64,000 nt of DNA from Xanthobacteraceae bacterium (GTDB lineage: Bacteria > Pseudomonadota > Alphaproteobacteria > Rhizobiales > Xanthobacteraceae): NCBI GenBank assembly GCA_040510075.1, contig JBEVJT010000113.1:1552-65551 (forward strand), in the 5' to 3' direction. Below, piece by piece: positions 42,410-53,622 of the stretch (position 1 is the stretch's first letter; each line of letters opens with the position of its first letter). Both the position numbers and the translations under genes were made by a program. The notes under the pieces were generated by a model, which saw only the letters and a list, made by a program, of their open reading frames with translations, was not told the origin of the DNA and made no database searches.

Positions 42410-42519
42410 TGCATATCCGTCCTCTGGCCTCGGTCCTCCGTCCTCCGAAAGCTGGAACCGCGGAACCGACTGTTGCACATCCGTCCTCTGTCCTCTGCTC
42501 TCTGTCTTCCGAAAACTGT
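42410..42519 (+). repeat. Two tandem ~46-nt units (tgcaYatccgtcctctg.cctc.g..ctc.gtc.tccgaaaRctg)
   Basis: Unit 1 (42410-42455) and unit 2 (42474-42519) align at about 80% identity. An inverted partial copy (cggaggacagagaacggaggacc) lies at 42257-42280, overlapping the GNAT 3' end. Confidence 0.7.
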
Positions 42520-42789
42520 TGACATGCGGATGCAGAATTATGAGAATGCAATGTGCGCGCCTGTCTGCTCCTTTGTTGTTGAGCGGCGCGAGTCCGAAAC
42601 CCAACAGGGAGGTGAAATGCCCCCGGGATGTTCTAGCCGCGATGATCGCCGCGGCATCGTTCGGGTTGCGGCGTAGCGGCAAATTGGCGAACGGCAGCGT
42701 CGGGAGCGGCCTCTTGGGCCGCATCAGTAAGGCAAGGCCCTGCTTGGCCCCTCCCGGCGAGTGCTTCGTTGGCAAGAGCTTTTGTTTGA

Positions 42790-43914
<1,125 letters not shown>

Positions 43915-43943
43915 CCCGAATGGAGCGCACACAAGCACGCGCA

Positions 43944-44708
43944 CTACTGCAACAACTCAATCAGCGCCTTCGCATCTTTCGGCGCGGCGCTCTTCTGGTC
44001 GTTGTCGAAATATACGAACACCGTGCGGCGCTGCCGCCGCCATTTGCGGATATGTCGCGCCCAGGCGCGCAACATCCTGGGCGAATAATTGCCCCGATAG
44101 CGGCCACCCGGCCCGTGGCCGCGCACATAGACGTGCCGCGCCGTGACCTCCCAAGGCGCCGGTGCATCATGGTGATCGGAAAGACAGAGCGAAATATTTG
44201 CGCGGTGCAGAAGATCGAAAATCTCGTCGTCGTACCAGCTCTTGTGACGGAACTCGAACGCGTAAAGATGTGAGCGCGGCAGCATCTTCAGAAACGACGC
44301 AAGCCGCTCGCTGTTTTTGGTAAATCGTGCCGGCAGCTGGAAGAGAACCACGCCCAGCCTGGGCCCAAGCACCTGCAGCCGGGTGTCCATGAGCTCGATG
44401 GAATTCGCGCATTTCTCCGTAAGCCGCTTCCAATGGGTGATGAATTTCGAAGCTTTCCAGGCGAACAAAAATTCCCGTGGCGTCTGGTCGCGCCAGCCAG
44501 CCACCGCTTCCAGGGAGGGTGTCCGGTAAAACGAACCGTTGATCTCGGCCGTTGCAAACTGCGTCGAGTACCAGGCAAGCCACTGCTTCTTTGGCAGATC
44601 GGCAGGATAAAACGGGCCGCGCCAGCCGTCGTAAGTCCAGCCGGAAGTCCCGATCCAGATCCCGGTCAGTTTTCGCTTGCTTGCCTTGGCACGGCGTCGA
44701 GCGCGCAT
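43944..44708 (-). CDS. DUF72 (YecE-like) protein
   Basis: 254 aa with IGTSGWTYDGWRGPFYP, TAEINGSFYR and FEFRHKSW. It interrupts the usual obgE-proB adjacency on the opposite strand. Confidence 0.85.
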   Translation of the reverse strand: MRARRRAKASKRKLTGIWIGTSGWTYDGWRGPFYPADLPKKQWLAWYSTQFATAEINGSFYRTPSLEAVAGWRDQTPREFLFAWKASKFITHWKRLTEKCANSIELMDTRLQVLGPRLGVVLFQLPARFTKNSERLASFLKMLPRSHLYAFEFRHKSWYDDEIFDLLHRANISLCLSDHHDAPAPWEVTARHVYVRGHGPGGRYRGNYSPRMLRAWARHIRKWRRQRRTVFVYFDNDQKSAAPKDAKALIELLQ

Positions 44709-44737
44709 GCTAAATAACGCCGAACGCGCGACAATGG

Positions 44738-45895
44738 TTGTCGCATCGTATTCCTTTCCCCTGCATGCACTCCCAGCTTCCCGCGCTTCACGACTTCCGG
44801 CGCATCGTGGTGAAGGTCGGCTCCTCGCTGCTCGTTGACCACGCGCGGGGCCGGCTCAAGCACGACTGGCTCGCGTCTCTCGCCGACGACATTGGCGCGA
44901 TGCATCGGGACGGCCGGGACATGCTCGTGGTTTCCTCCGGCGCGATTGCGCTTGGGCGCGCGGTGCTGCGCATTCCCACCGGGCCGTTGCGCCTCGAAGA
45001 CAGCCAGGCGGCGGCCGCGGTCGGGCAGATCGCATTGGCGCGAACCTGGTCCGAGGTCCTCGGCCGCCACAGCATCACCACCGGCCAGATCCTCGTCACG
45101 CTGCAGGATACGGAGGGACGCCGGCGCTATCTCAATGCACGCTCGACGATCAACAAGCTGTTGGAGTTGCGCGCCGTGCCGGTGATCAACGAGAACGACA
45201 CGGTTGCCACAAACGAGATCCGTTACGGCGACAATGACCGCCTGGCGGCCCGTGTCGCCACCATGGCGAGCGCCGATCTGCTTGTCCTGCTTTCGGATGT
45301 GGACGGGCTCTACGACGCTCCGCCAGCAGACCACCCGGAAGCGAAGCTCGTCCCTGTGGTGGAGCGCATCACTTCGGCGATCGAGACGATGGCGGGTGCC
45401 GCCGGCTCGGGGCTCTCGCGCGGGGGAATGCAGACCAAGATCGAAGCAGGCAAGATCGCCACCGGCGCCGGCACCCACATGGTGATCGCCTCGGGCCATA
45501 TCGCCCACCCGCTCACCGCAATAGCGGAAAAGGGACGCTGCACCTGGTTTCTCACCGGTGCCACCCCCCTCGCCGCGCGCAAGAAATGGATTGCCGGAAC
45601 TCTCGAGCCCAAGGGCAGCCTCACGATCGATGCCGGAGCCGTGGCAGCCCTGCGGGACGGTAAAAGCCTGTTGCCTGCCGGTATTCTGCGGGTGGAGGGG
45701 ACGTTTGCGCGCGGCGACGCGGTCATCATCCGAGGACCCGATGGCGCCGAAGTCGGGCGCGGCCTCGTCGGTTATGATGCGGAAGACGCAGGCAAAATCC
45801 GCGGGCACCCGTCCGCGGAAATCCTTTCCATTCTGGGCTTTGCCCGGCGTGCCGAGATGGTCCACCGGGATGATCTGGTCCTGACGCCGCCCTAG
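44738..45895 (+). CDS. proB: Glutamate 5-kinase
   Basis: 385-aa track ORF; the start may instead be the in-frame ATG 27 nt downstream (MHSQLPAL...). Kinase core VVKVGSSLL....SSGAIALG....INENDTV and a C-terminal PUA domain ([21 protein letters not shown]). Confidence 0.94.
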   Translation: MSHRIPFPCMHSQLPALHDFRRIVVKVGSSLLVDHARGRLKHDWLASLADDIGAMHRDGRDMLVVSSGAIALGRAVLRIPTGPLRLEDSQAAAAVGQIALARTWSEVLGRHSITTGQILVTLQDTEGRRRYLNARSTINKLLELRAVPVINENDTVATNEIRYGDNDRLAARVATMASADLLVLLSDVDGLYDAPPADHPEAKLVPVVERITSAIETMAGAAGSGLSRGGMQTKIEAGKIATGAGTHMVIASGHIAHPLTAIAEKGRCTWFLTGATPLAARKKWIAGTLEPKGSLTIDAGAVAALRDGKSLLPAGILRVEGTFARGDAVIIRGPDGAEVGRGLVGYDAEDAGKIRGHPSAEILSILGFARRAEMVHRDDLVLTPP

Positions 45896-45907
45896 CCGCC
45901 GGCGCGC

Positions 45908-45947
45908 ATAAAAAAAGAAGACCCCGGCGCCCAAAGGGCCAGGGTCT
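45908..45947 (-). terminator. Rho-independent terminator of the small-ORF unit
   Basis: On the minus strand the stem agaccc/gggtct encloses an inner gccc-aaa-gggc hairpin and is followed by CTTCTTTTTTTAT (A7 at 45910-45916 on the plus strand). Confidence 0.75.
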
Positions 45948-45949
45948 GT

Positions 45950-45997
45950 CGTCGGATGGGTGAGGGGTTGGGGGGCTGGGGGGCACGCCACCCGACG
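45950..45997 (-). other. Hairpin with a C-rich apical loop in the 3' region of the small-ORF unit
   Basis: Minus-strand stem CGUCGGGUGG/CCAUCCGACG (10 bp, one G-U). The loop CGUGCCCCCCAGCCCCCCAACCCCUCAC contains the same 14-mer CCCCCCAGCCCCCC found at 26766-26779. Confidence 0.55.
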
Positions 45998-46046
45998 TTA
46001 GGCTAAAAACTCGCTAGAGCGCCTTCCGTTCCAGGGCGCAGCAAAT

Positions 46047-46241
46047 TTATTTTTCTCTCCGGCGCCGCCGTGCCTGGGGCCTGGCCGAATGACTGCCCTG
46101 CGGCGGCAGATCCACGTGCCTGCCATCCGGGAACTCGATGTAACGGCTGAGGATTCTACGGCCAGTGCCGCTGCGTCCCTCCACCACGTAGCGGGTGCCG
46201 ACCGGAAAACGTTGCGGCAGAAGATGCAACTGCGACTGCAT
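46047..46241 (-). CDS. Small hypothetical protein (64 aa)
   Basis: The ATG at 46241 is preceded by GGAGGA with a 3-nt spacer. The product is MQSQLHLLPQRFPVGTRYVVEGRSGTGRRILSRYIEFPDGRHVDLP... with a basic tail. It has its own downstream terminator and repeated upstream motifs. No family recognised. Confidence 0.5.
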   Translation of the reverse strand: MQSQLHLLPQRFPVGTRYVVEGRSGTGRRILSRYIEFPDGRHVDLPPQGSHSARPQARRRRREK

Positions 46242-46393
46242 GGATCCTCCAGGATACATTCGGCCCTGAATTGAGTAGCGGAATTGAGCAGCCGCTCAAT
46301 GCGCGCCGCGAACACGGCGTTCCGAGCGACCGCGCAAAGTCCTGGGAGTTTCTGTGCAAAGCTGTGGAAAAGCCAGAGATCAGGTGTCAGCGA

Positions 46394-47395
46394 TCAGATC
46401 TCGAACCCATTGTCGCGCGCGAAGCCTTTGAGCGAGGTTTCCGGCCGGGCACCGAGGTGCTGGATAACCTCCGCCGCCGCGAGCGCGCCAAGGCGAGCGC
46501 AGTTGCGGTGGTCGGCGCCGCGCGCCATGGCGGCCAAAAAACCCGCCGCGAAAAGATCGCCGGCACCCGTGGCGTCGACGACGCGATCGACGTTGACCGC
46601 AGGCACCGCTTCGGTTTCGTCGCGGGTGATCACCAAAGCTCCCTTCTCGCTTCGCGTGATCACCGCAAGCCGGGCATCCTTGCGCAGCTCGTTGAGCGCC
46701 GTTTCGAAAGCTGCTGTCTGATAGAGACTATGGAGCTCGCGCTCGTTCGCAAACACGAGATCGATCGTGCCGTTCCTGATCAGGTCGAGAAATTCCGCGC
46801 GATAGCGGTCGACGCAGAACGCATCGGAAAGCGTAAGTGCAACGCGGCGCTCTGCGGCATGCGCGATCTTCGCTGCCTTGAGAAAAGCCTCCTTCGCGTG
46901 CGGCGGGTCCCAAAGATAGCCCTCGAGATAGACGATCTCGGTGGCCGCAATGTCTGCTGCATCGATGTCCTTGGGGTAGAGATCCTGCGCGGCGCCCAGA
47001 TACGTGTTCATCGTGCGCTCGCCATCGGGAGTGACCAGCACATAGCAGCGCGCCGTCGATGGACCGCTCGCCGCCGGCGGGGTCGAAAACGACACGCCCG
47101 CCGCGCGGATGTCGTGGGTGAAGACACGGCCGAGCTCGTCGTCGCGCACCTTGCCGATGAAGGCCGCGCGCGCGCCAAGCGAAGCGACGCCGACAGTCGT
47201 ATTTGCAGCCGAGCCGCCCGAAATCTCCACCGCCGGTCCCATCGCGTCATAGATCGCCGCCGCCTGCTCTTCGGCGATCAGCGCCATCGCGCCCTTGCGC
47301 ATGGTGTGGCGGATCAGGAAGTCATCCTCGGTGCGCGCGATCACGTCGACAATGGCGTTGCCGATTCCAAGCACGTCGAAGCGAGACGCAGGCAT
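46394..47395 (-). CDS. PfkB-family kinase (adenosine kinase-like)
   Basis: Start at the ATG at 47395 (MPASRFDVLGIGNAIVDVI). SGGSAANT, and the C-terminal anion-hole motif DATGAGDLFAAGFL. Confidence 0.88.
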   Translation of the reverse strand: MPASRFDVLGIGNAIVDVIARTEDDFLIRHTMRKGAMALIAEEQAAAIYDAMGPAVEISGGSAANTTVGVASLGARAAFIGKVRDDELGRVFTHDIRAAGVSFSTPPAASGPSTARCYVLVTPDGERTMNTYLGAAQDLYPKDIDAADIAATEIVYLEGYLWDPPHAKEAFLKAAKIAHAAERRVALTLSDAFCVDRYRAEFLDLIRNGTIDLVFANERELHSLYQTAAFETALNELRKDARLAVITRSEKGALVITRDETEAVPAVNVDRVVDATGAGDLFAAGFLAAMARGADHRNCARLGALAAAEVIQHLGARPETSLKGFARDNGFEI

Positions 47396-47569
47396 CGTGA
47401 GCTCCCAAAATTGCGCGCGCACTATACTGGTCGCAGCTCCCCAGGCAATCAACATAGGCGCCCCGCTGCAGCACGCATGCGTCCTTAATAGCACCTCAAC
47501 AGCACATGCGTACCGCTTGCACGTACGGCGCGCGGCATGCGATGCAATCGATGTCAGGAGAAATTCCGG

Positions 47570-48604
47570 ATGGCATTCAAGGAGCGCGTGTTTTCAGGCG
47601 TGCAGCCGACAGGGAATCTGCACCTCGGCAATTATCTCGGAGCAATCGTGAAATTCGCCGCGCTGCAGGAACGCTACGACTGCATCTATTGCATCGTCGA
47701 TCTGCACGCCATCACGGTGTGGCAGGATCCGGCCGAGCTGCCCAAGATGATCCGCGAAGTGGCCGCTGCGTTCATTGCCTGCGGCATCGATGTGAAAAAA
47801 AACATCATCTTCAATCAGAGCCAGGTTGCCGAGCATGCCGAGCTTGCCTGGATATTCAACTGCGTTGCGCGACTGGGCTGGCTGAACCGAATGACGCAGT
47901 TCAAGGAGAAGGCGGGAAAGGATCGCGAGAATGCTTCGGTCGGTCTTTACGCCTATCCGGCGTTGATGGCCGCCGACATTCTGGTCTATCGCGCCACCCA
48001 TGTTCCGGTGGGGGAAGATCAGAAGCAGCATCTCGAGCTCTCGCGCGACATAGCCCAGAAGTTCAACGGTGATTTCGCCGCATCGATCCGGGCCCACGGC
48101 TACGGTGATGCATTCTTCCCGCTCCCGGAACCGCTGATTCAGGGTCCGGCGACGCGGGTAATGTCGCTGCGCGATGGCACGAAGAAGATGTCCAAATCAG
48201 ACGCTTCGGACCAGTCACGCATCAATCTGACAGACGATGCGGACACGATTGCGCACAAGATCCGGCGGGCGAAAACGGACCCGGCGGTGCTGCCCGGCGA
48301 GGAAAAAGGCCTGGAGCATCGGCCTGAAGCCGACAATCTCGTCGGCATCTACGCCGCGCTCGCAGGTACGACCAAGACGGATGTCCTCAAGGAGTTCGCA
48401 GGCGCCCAGTTTTCAACGTTCAAACCCGCCCTGGTCGATCTTGCTGTCGCAAGGCTCGCGCCGATCAACGCTGAAATGAAACGGCTCATCGCCGACTTTG
48501 CCTTCATCGACTCATTGCTCGCCGATGGCGCCACTCGCGCGCAAGCGATTGCAGGCGATACCATGCGTCAGGTGAAGGACATTGTCGGCCTAGTGCATCG
48601 CTGA
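47570..48604 (+). CDS. trpS: Tryptophan--tRNA ligase
   Basis: Start at the ATG at 47570 ([28 protein letters not shown]-type motif), with the KMSKS motif present (KKMSKSD). Confidence 0.96.
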   Translation: MAFKERVFSGVQPTGNLHLGNYLGAIVKFAALQERYDCIYCIVDLHAITVWQDPAELPKMIREVAAAFIACGIDVKKNIIFNQSQVAEHAELAWIFNCVARLGWLNRMTQFKEKAGKDRENASVGLYAYPALMAADILVYRATHVPVGEDQKQHLELSRDIAQKFNGDFAASIRAHGYGDAFFPLPEPLIQGPATRVMSLRDGTKKMSKSDASDQSRINLTDDADTIAHKIRRAKTDPAVLPGEEKGLEHRPEADNLVGIYAALAGTTKTDVLKEFAGAQFSTFKPALVDLAVARLAPINAEMKRLIADFAFIDSLLADGATRAQAIAGDTMRQVKDIVGLVHR

Positions 48605-48702
48605 TCGCCAGAGCTGCTCGGTGAGCCGCGCGCGCCTATTGTGTCCCCACTGATCGGCGTGGCAGGATTTGCGGCTGTGTCCGCGCCGGACAGAGTAGGT
48701 CG

Positions 48703-49197
48703 ATGAGCACGAAGCGCCGCAGCTACGAAGCCGGTCACTCGCCCAAATTTCTGGTCGTCATCGATGACTCGCCCGAATGCGATCGAGCCTTGTATTTCGC
48801 AAGCCGCCGCGCTCTGCGCATCGGCACAACCGTCCTGATGTTGCGCGTGATCGAGACGCATGATCATACTCAGCAGTGGCTCGGTGTCGCCGACATCATG
48901 CGGGCGGAGGCGCATGAAGAAGCCAATGCCGTGCTGGATCGCCACGCTGCGCGTTCGGCTGCGATGACGGGAGTGATGCCGCAGCGCATCATTCGCGAGG
49001 GCGAAAAGGCCGAGGAACTGCTCAAGCTGATCGAGGATGATGAAGACATCGCGCTGCTCGTTCTTGCAGCCGCACTAGGTCCCGAAGGACCCGGTCCTCT
49101 CGTATCCAGTGTCAGCAAAAATGCAGGCGAGTTTCCGATCCCGATCGCCATCGTCCCCGGACACCTCACGGATGAGGAACTCGATGCAGTCTCCTAA
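48703..49197 (+). CDS. Universal stress protein family (UspA-like)
   Basis: 164 aa with KFLVVIDDSPECDRALYFA and a C-terminal PIAIVPG. Assigned on general USP fold features only. Confidence 0.7.
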   Translation: MSTKRRSYEAGHSPKFLVVIDDSPECDRALYFASRRALRIGTTVLMLRVIETHDHTQQWLGVADIMRAEAHEEANAVLDRHAARSAAMTGVMPQRIIREGEKAEELLKLIEDDEDIALLVLAAALGPEGPGPLVSSVSKNAGEFPIPIAIVPGHLTDEELDAVS

Positions 49198-49246
49198 AGT
49201 GGGATGGCTTTATCTTCGAATCGTCGTCCCACTCTACCTCATTGTG

Positions 49247-49318
49247 GAGTATGATCTTTTCCGAAAACCGGTTCCCAACCCGCATCACGTGCGGGGCAGG
49301 CTTTTTCGGGATCGTGCC
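49247..49318. repeat. Second copy of the gagYatgatc...ccgaaaacc...ttttcgggatcRtgc palindromic element
   Basis: It shares both arms with 26128-26176 and carries an extra internal hairpin cccgca-tcac-gtgcgggg. It lies 50 nt after the usp stop. Confidence 0.75.
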
Positions 49319-49427
49319 TAAGACCCGAGCTGGCGCGAGTGATGCTTGAAGTTCAATGCAGAGCAGCCACTTATTAGCCGAAGCGCCCCGTGCGCTCGCC
49401 CCAGGGGCTGCACCCAAGGAGAAACTC

Positions 49428-49988
49428 ATGTTCATCCAGACCGAGCCCACTCCCAATCCGGCGACTCTCAAATTCCTGCCGGGCCGCACGGTACTGGCGA
49501 GCGGCACGCTCGACATGCGGGACACCGAAGCGGCTGAGCAATCCCCGTTGGCGGAGCGTCTCTTTGGGATTCCGGGTGTGGCCGGCGTGTTCTTCGGCTC
49601 CGACTTTGTCGCGGTGACCAAATCTGCGGGCGAATGGCAGCAGCTCAAGCCTGCCATCCTGGGTGCCATCATGGAGCATTTCATGTCCGGCGCGCCGATC
49701 ACCCGCACTGGGTCGGCCGCTTCGGCGAGCGAGGAGTTTTTTGCGCCGGAAGATGCAGAAACCGTAGCGGCGATCAAGGAGCTCATCGAAGCCCGCGTCC
49801 GGCCCGCGGTCGCCAATGATGGCGGCGATATCACCTTTCGCGGCTACAAGGACGGCGTCGTTTACCTCGATATGAAGGGCGCCTGCTCCGGCTGCCCTTC
49901 ATCGACCGCGACATTGCGGCACGGCATCCAGAACTTGCTGCGCCATTACGTGCCCGACGTGGTCGAGGTCAGGGCCATGGGGGCGTAA
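49428..49988 (+). CDS. NifU/Nfu-family Fe-S cluster assembly protein
   Basis: The ATG at 49428 follows AAGGAG. Nfu N-terminal domain MFIQTEPTPNPATLKFLPG and C-terminal NifU motif GACSGCPSS. Confidence 0.9.
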   Translation: MFIQTEPTPNPATLKFLPGRTVLASGTLDMRDTEAAEQSPLAERLFGIPGVAGVFFGSDFVAVTKSAGEWQQLKPAILGAIMEHFMSGAPITRTGSAASASEEFFAPEDAETVAAIKELIEARVRPAVANDGGDITFRGYKDGVVYLDMKGACSGCPSSTATLRHGIQNLLRHYVPDVVEVRAMGA

Positions 49989-50058
49989 GGCCGCATCGTT
50001 AGTTCTGACCCGGGACGCGTCGGCGGGTCGCAGCTTGCTGCACGCCTGAGGGCGAGGG

Positions 50059-50742
50059 ATGCGCGTTCTTGCAATCGATACCGCGCTCGAGGCCTGTTCG
50101 GCCGCGGTGCTCGATCTGGACCACCGCGGGATTGTTGCGGTCGAATCGCTCACCATGGCGCGTGGCCACGCGGAAGCGCTGATGCCGCTCATCGCCCGCG
50201 TCATGCGCGAGGCCGCAATCGAATTTGCCGAGCTCGACCGGATTGCCGTTACGACGGGCCCCGGGAGTTTTACCGGATTGCGCGTGGGCATTTCCGCCGC
50301 GCGAGCGATTGCGCTCACGGCGGGCAAGCCCGCGATCGGCCTATCGACGCTTGCCGCCTTTGCAGCTCCGCTCATTGCCGATGACGACAGCACGAACGTG
50401 GTGGCCGCAATCGATGCACGGCACGCGCAGGTCTATCTGCAGGTATTTGGCAGGGGCGGACGCACGCTCGTTTCGCCACGGATAGCCACGCTGCGCGATG
50501 CACTGCGCCTGTCTGTGAGCGGGCCCGCCCGCCTGGTCGGCTCCGGCGCCCAAGCCATGGCAGCAGCCTGGCCGAAGGAAGCCGAGCCTCCGCTTCTCGT
50601 CGAGAACTGCGCCGCGCCCGAAATCGCCTGGGTCGCGCGTCTCGGCGCCGCAGCGGCCGAAGGCTATGGACCGCCCAAGCCGCTCTATCTGCGCGCGCCC
50701 GATGCGCAGCCGCAGGATGCTGCTCGACTTGCCCGCCGATGA
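50059..50742 (+). CDS. tsaB: tRNA t6A37 biosynthesis protein TsaB
   Basis: 227 aa with MRVLAIDTALEACSAAVLD and VTTGPGSFTGLRVGISAARAIAL. Confidence 0.92.
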   Translation: MRVLAIDTALEACSAAVLDLDHRGIVAVESLTMARGHAEALMPLIARVMREAAIEFAELDRIAVTTGPGSFTGLRVGISAARAIALTAGKPAIGLSTLAAFAAPLIADDDSTNVVAAIDARHAQVYLQVFGRGGRTLVSPRIATLRDALRLSVSGPARLVGSGAQAMAAAWPKEAEPPLLVENCAAPEIAWVARLGAAAAEGYGPPKPLYLRAPDAQPQDAARLARR

Positions 50743-51218
50743 GGAAATTTTTCAGCGGCTTGCTCGCGCGAAAGGAGCCTCGATTTTCGCCTGCAGGAAC
50801 GCGAGATGCGCGCGCAATGGCAGCGCTTCATGCTGCTTCCTTTCAACGTGGCTGGAGCGAGGACGAATTTGAAAAGCTCCTGTTGGAGCGCAATGTCGTC
50901 GCCGATCGTGCCAGTCTGGGGACCGAGCTCGTTGGGTTCATCCTGTCGCGCATCGCTGGGGATGAGGCCGAGATTCTGTCCATCGCCGTACACACCTCGG
51001 AGCGCAATCACGGGCTCGGGCGCCGGCTGCTCGATATCAACATGCGGCGCATGGCTGGGCTTGGCGTGTGCTCCCTGTTTCTGGAAGTGGCCCAGGACAA
51101 CCTCGCTGCCCGCAAGCTCTATCAGCGGGCCGGTTTCCGTGACGTGGGCCGGCGCGAGGCATATTATGCGGATCGGGATGGTGCCGCGGCACTGATCCTG
51201 CGCAGAGAACTCACATGA
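50739..51218 (+). CDS. rimI: Ribosomal-protein-alanine N-acetyltransferase
   Basis: 159 aa overlapping the tsaB stop by 4 nt. GNAT core ILSIAVHTSERNHGLGRRLL....LFLEVAQDNLAARKLYQRAGF. Confidence 0.88.
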   Translation: MRKFFSGLLARKEPRFSPAGTRDARAMAALHAASFQRGWSEDEFEKLLLERNVVADRASLGTELVGFILSRIAGDEAEILSIAVHTSERNHGLGRRLLDINMRRMAGLGVCSLFLEVAQDNLAARKLYQRAGFRDVGRREAYYADRDGAAALILRRELT

Positions 51219-52219
51219 GCTGCTTTACCGTGCGATTGCCGAGGAAGCGAAACGCCGCGGGCGCGTTGGCGCTCATCCTTGCGGCGCTTTTGAGTTCCGC
51301 TCCGGCCATAGCACAAACATTCCCGGACAGACCGATCAAGATGCTGGTCGGATTTTCCGCCGGCGGCGGTACTGACGTGGTTGCCCGAATTCTCGCGCAG
51401 AAGATGTCGGAAACGATCGGCCAATCGGTCATGGTCGAGAATAGATCCGGCGCCAGCGGTTTGATCGCGGCGGAGGCGGTCGCGAAAGCGCCGCCTGATG
51501 GCTACACGCTGATGATGGGCAGCCAGACGACATTTGCCGTTGCACCCAAGCTCTATCGTAAAACCACCCTCGATGCGGCGAAGGATTTTTCCGGGATTGC
51601 CATGGCCGGCAGTTCGCCCCTCGTGCTCGTGGTGCACCCCTCGATTCCCGCGCGCTCCGTCGCCGACGTGATCGCGATGGCAAGGGCCAACCCGGGCGGA
51701 GTTAATTTTGGTTCCGGCGGACTGGGAACGACGCCGCACATGACGGGCGAACTGTTCTGCCATCTCGCCGGCATCAAGATGGCGCATGTGGCCTACCGCG
51801 GAGAAGCTCCAGCCATCAATGATCTCCTCGGCGGCCAAATTCCCCTGATGTTCGCCAATCTATCGGCCGTCATCGGCAATGTACGCGCCGGTCAACTGCG
51901 CGCGCTTGCGGTTACCAGCGCAGGACGAGCCGCTGCCGCTCCCGAAATCCCAACTATCGCGGAAACCGCACTTCCGGGTTTCGAGGCGACCACCTGGTTT
52001 GCGCTGGTGGTGCCGGCGGGCACCCCTCAGGAATTGCGGCTTCGGCTCAATGCCGAGGTAAAATCTGCTCACGCGCAAGCGGATGTAGCGCATCGATTCG
52101 GTGAACTCGGCATGACAGCGGATGACGTCAGCCCCGAGCAACTCGACGAGTTCATCAGGTCGGAAATCATCAAATGGGCGCGAGTCATCAAGGATGCGGA
52201 TATCCGCACATTGGAATAG
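51215..52219 (+). CDS. Bug-family (tripartite tricarboxylate transporter TctC-like) periplasmic binding protein
   Basis: 334 aa with a signal peptide ending SAPAIAQ, then [46 protein letters not shown] and [19 protein letters not shown]. Confidence 0.9.
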   Translation: MSCFTVRLPRKRNAAGALALILAALLSSAPAIAQTFPDRPIKMLVGFSAGGGTDVVARILAQKMSETIGQSVMVENRSGASGLIAAEAVAKAPPDGYTLMMGSQTTFAVAPKLYRKTTLDAAKDFSGIAMAGSSPLVLVVHPSIPARSVADVIAMARANPGGVNFGSGGLGTTPHMTGELFCHLAGIKMAHVAYRGEAPAINDLLGGQIPLMFANLSAVIGNVRAGQLRALAVTSAGRAAAAPEIPTIAETALPGFEATTWFALVVPAGTPQELRLRLNAEVKSAHAQADVAHRFGELGMTADDVSPEQLDEFIRSEIIKWARVIKDADIRTLE

Positions 52220-52257
52220 CGGTTGACAGCCGGCCAGCGAAGGACAATTTCCCGCGC

Positions 52258-53607
52258 ATGCGATCGCGCAAAGTCCACATCAAATCCTTTGGCTGTCAGA
52301 TGAACGTCTATGATTCGCATCGTATGGCTGACACGCTTGCGGCTCAGGGTTTCTTGGAAACCGCCGTTCTTGAGGAAGCGGATCTGGTCGTGCTCAACAC
52401 GTGTCACATCCGCGAGAAGGCCGTGGAAAAGGTGTATTCCGAGTTGGGCCGCGTCCGGCTCGTCAAGGATGCAGCCAGCCGCGCCGGGCGGCGCCTGACC
52501 ATCGTCGTTGCGGGCTGTGTCGCGCAGGCAGAAGGCGAGGAGATCATTCGCCGCGCTCCGGCGGTGGACATCGTCGTCGGCCCGCAGAGCTATCACCGGC
52601 TTCCTGCGCTGATCGCGCGCGCCGAGAACGGCACCGTCATTGATACGGAGTTTACGGTCGAACACAAATTTGACGCGTTATCCAAGCCGAGCGCAGCAGC
52701 CACCCGCGCCCGCGGCGTATCGGCATTCGTCACCGTGCAGGAAGGCTGCGACAGGTTCTGCACGTTCTGCGTCGTGCCCTATACGCGCGGTGCCGAAACA
52801 TCGCGGCCGGTCATGAAAGTGGTTGCGGAGGCGGAGCATCTCGCCGCAAGCGGCGTGCGCGAGATCACCGTCATCGGGCAGAACGTCAATGCCTACCACG
52901 GTGAAGGGCCCGATGGACGGCCCTGGCCCCTCGGCCGCCTGCTCCTCCGCCTGGCCGAAGTGCCCGGGATCGCACGCTTGCGCTACACGACGAGCCACCC
53001 CTGCGACATGGAGGAGACCCTCATTGCGGCCCACCGCGATCTGCCCGCGCTGATGCCCTATGTGCATCTGCCGGTACAATCGGGCAGCGATCGCATCCTG
53101 CGTGCCATGAACCGCCGGCATACGCGCGCCGAATACGTGGCGACCATCGCGAGATTGCGTTCCGCGCGGGCGGACCTGGCATTCTCATCCGATTTCATCG
53201 TCGGATTTCCTGGCGAAACAGAGGAAGATTTTGGCGCAACGATGTCGCTGGTCGATGAGATCGGCTATGCGGCCGCATTCTCGTTCAAATACTCTCCCCG
53301 CCCGGGCACTCCGGCGGCGCAGATGTCGGAACAGATTCCGAAAGAGGTGAAGCTCGATCGCCTGCATCGCCTGCAGGCTTCGATTACGCGCAGGCAGACC
53401 GCTTTCAGTGCGCGTTGCGCGGGCCGGAGTTTCGATGTCCTGTTTGACAAGGCTGGTCGCCATCCTGGCCAGATTGTCGGCCGCTCCCCATATTTGCAGC
53501 CGGTCCAAGTGAGAGCGGCTTCCGAACTCATCGGCAAAATCGCGTCCGTGCTCATCACCGGGGCAAGCGCGAACAGCCTTTTCGGCGTGCTCGCGCGAGA
53601 GACATAG
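52258..53607 (+). CDS. miaB: tRNA-2-methylthio-N6-dimethylallyladenosine synthase
   Basis: Start at the ATG at 52258 ([20 protein letters not shown]), radical-SAM [15 protein letters not shown] and a C-terminal TRAM domain. Confidence 0.96.
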   Translation: MRSRKVHIKSFGCQMNVYDSHRMADTLAAQGFLETAVLEEADLVVLNTCHIREKAVEKVYSELGRVRLVKDAASRAGRRLTIVVAGCVAQAEGEEIIRRAPAVDIVVGPQSYHRLPALIARAENGTVIDTEFTVEHKFDALSKPSAAATRARGVSAFVTVQEGCDRFCTFCVVPYTRGAETSRPVMKVVAEAEHLAASGVREITVIGQNVNAYHGEGPDGRPWPLGRLLLRLAEVPGIARLRYTTSHPCDMEETLIAAHRDLPALMPYVHLPVQSGSDRILRAMNRRHTRAEYVATIARLRSARADLAFSSDFIVGFPGETEEDFGATMSLVDEIGYAAAFSFKYSPRPGTPAAQMSEQIPKEVKLDRLHRLQASITRRQTAFSARCAGRSFDVLFDKAGRHPGQIVGRSPYLQPVQVRAASELIGKIASVLITGASANSLFGVLARET

Positions 53608-53622
53608 GCCAGGAAGGAATCT

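Noticed and set aside
42172-42775. Minus-strand ORFs (117 aa and 151 aa) across the obgE leader repeats
   Set aside because: They are generated by translating the tandem/inverted repeat units (…RTEDRGQRTD…). There is no start context, and such peptides are a known artefact of repeat elements.
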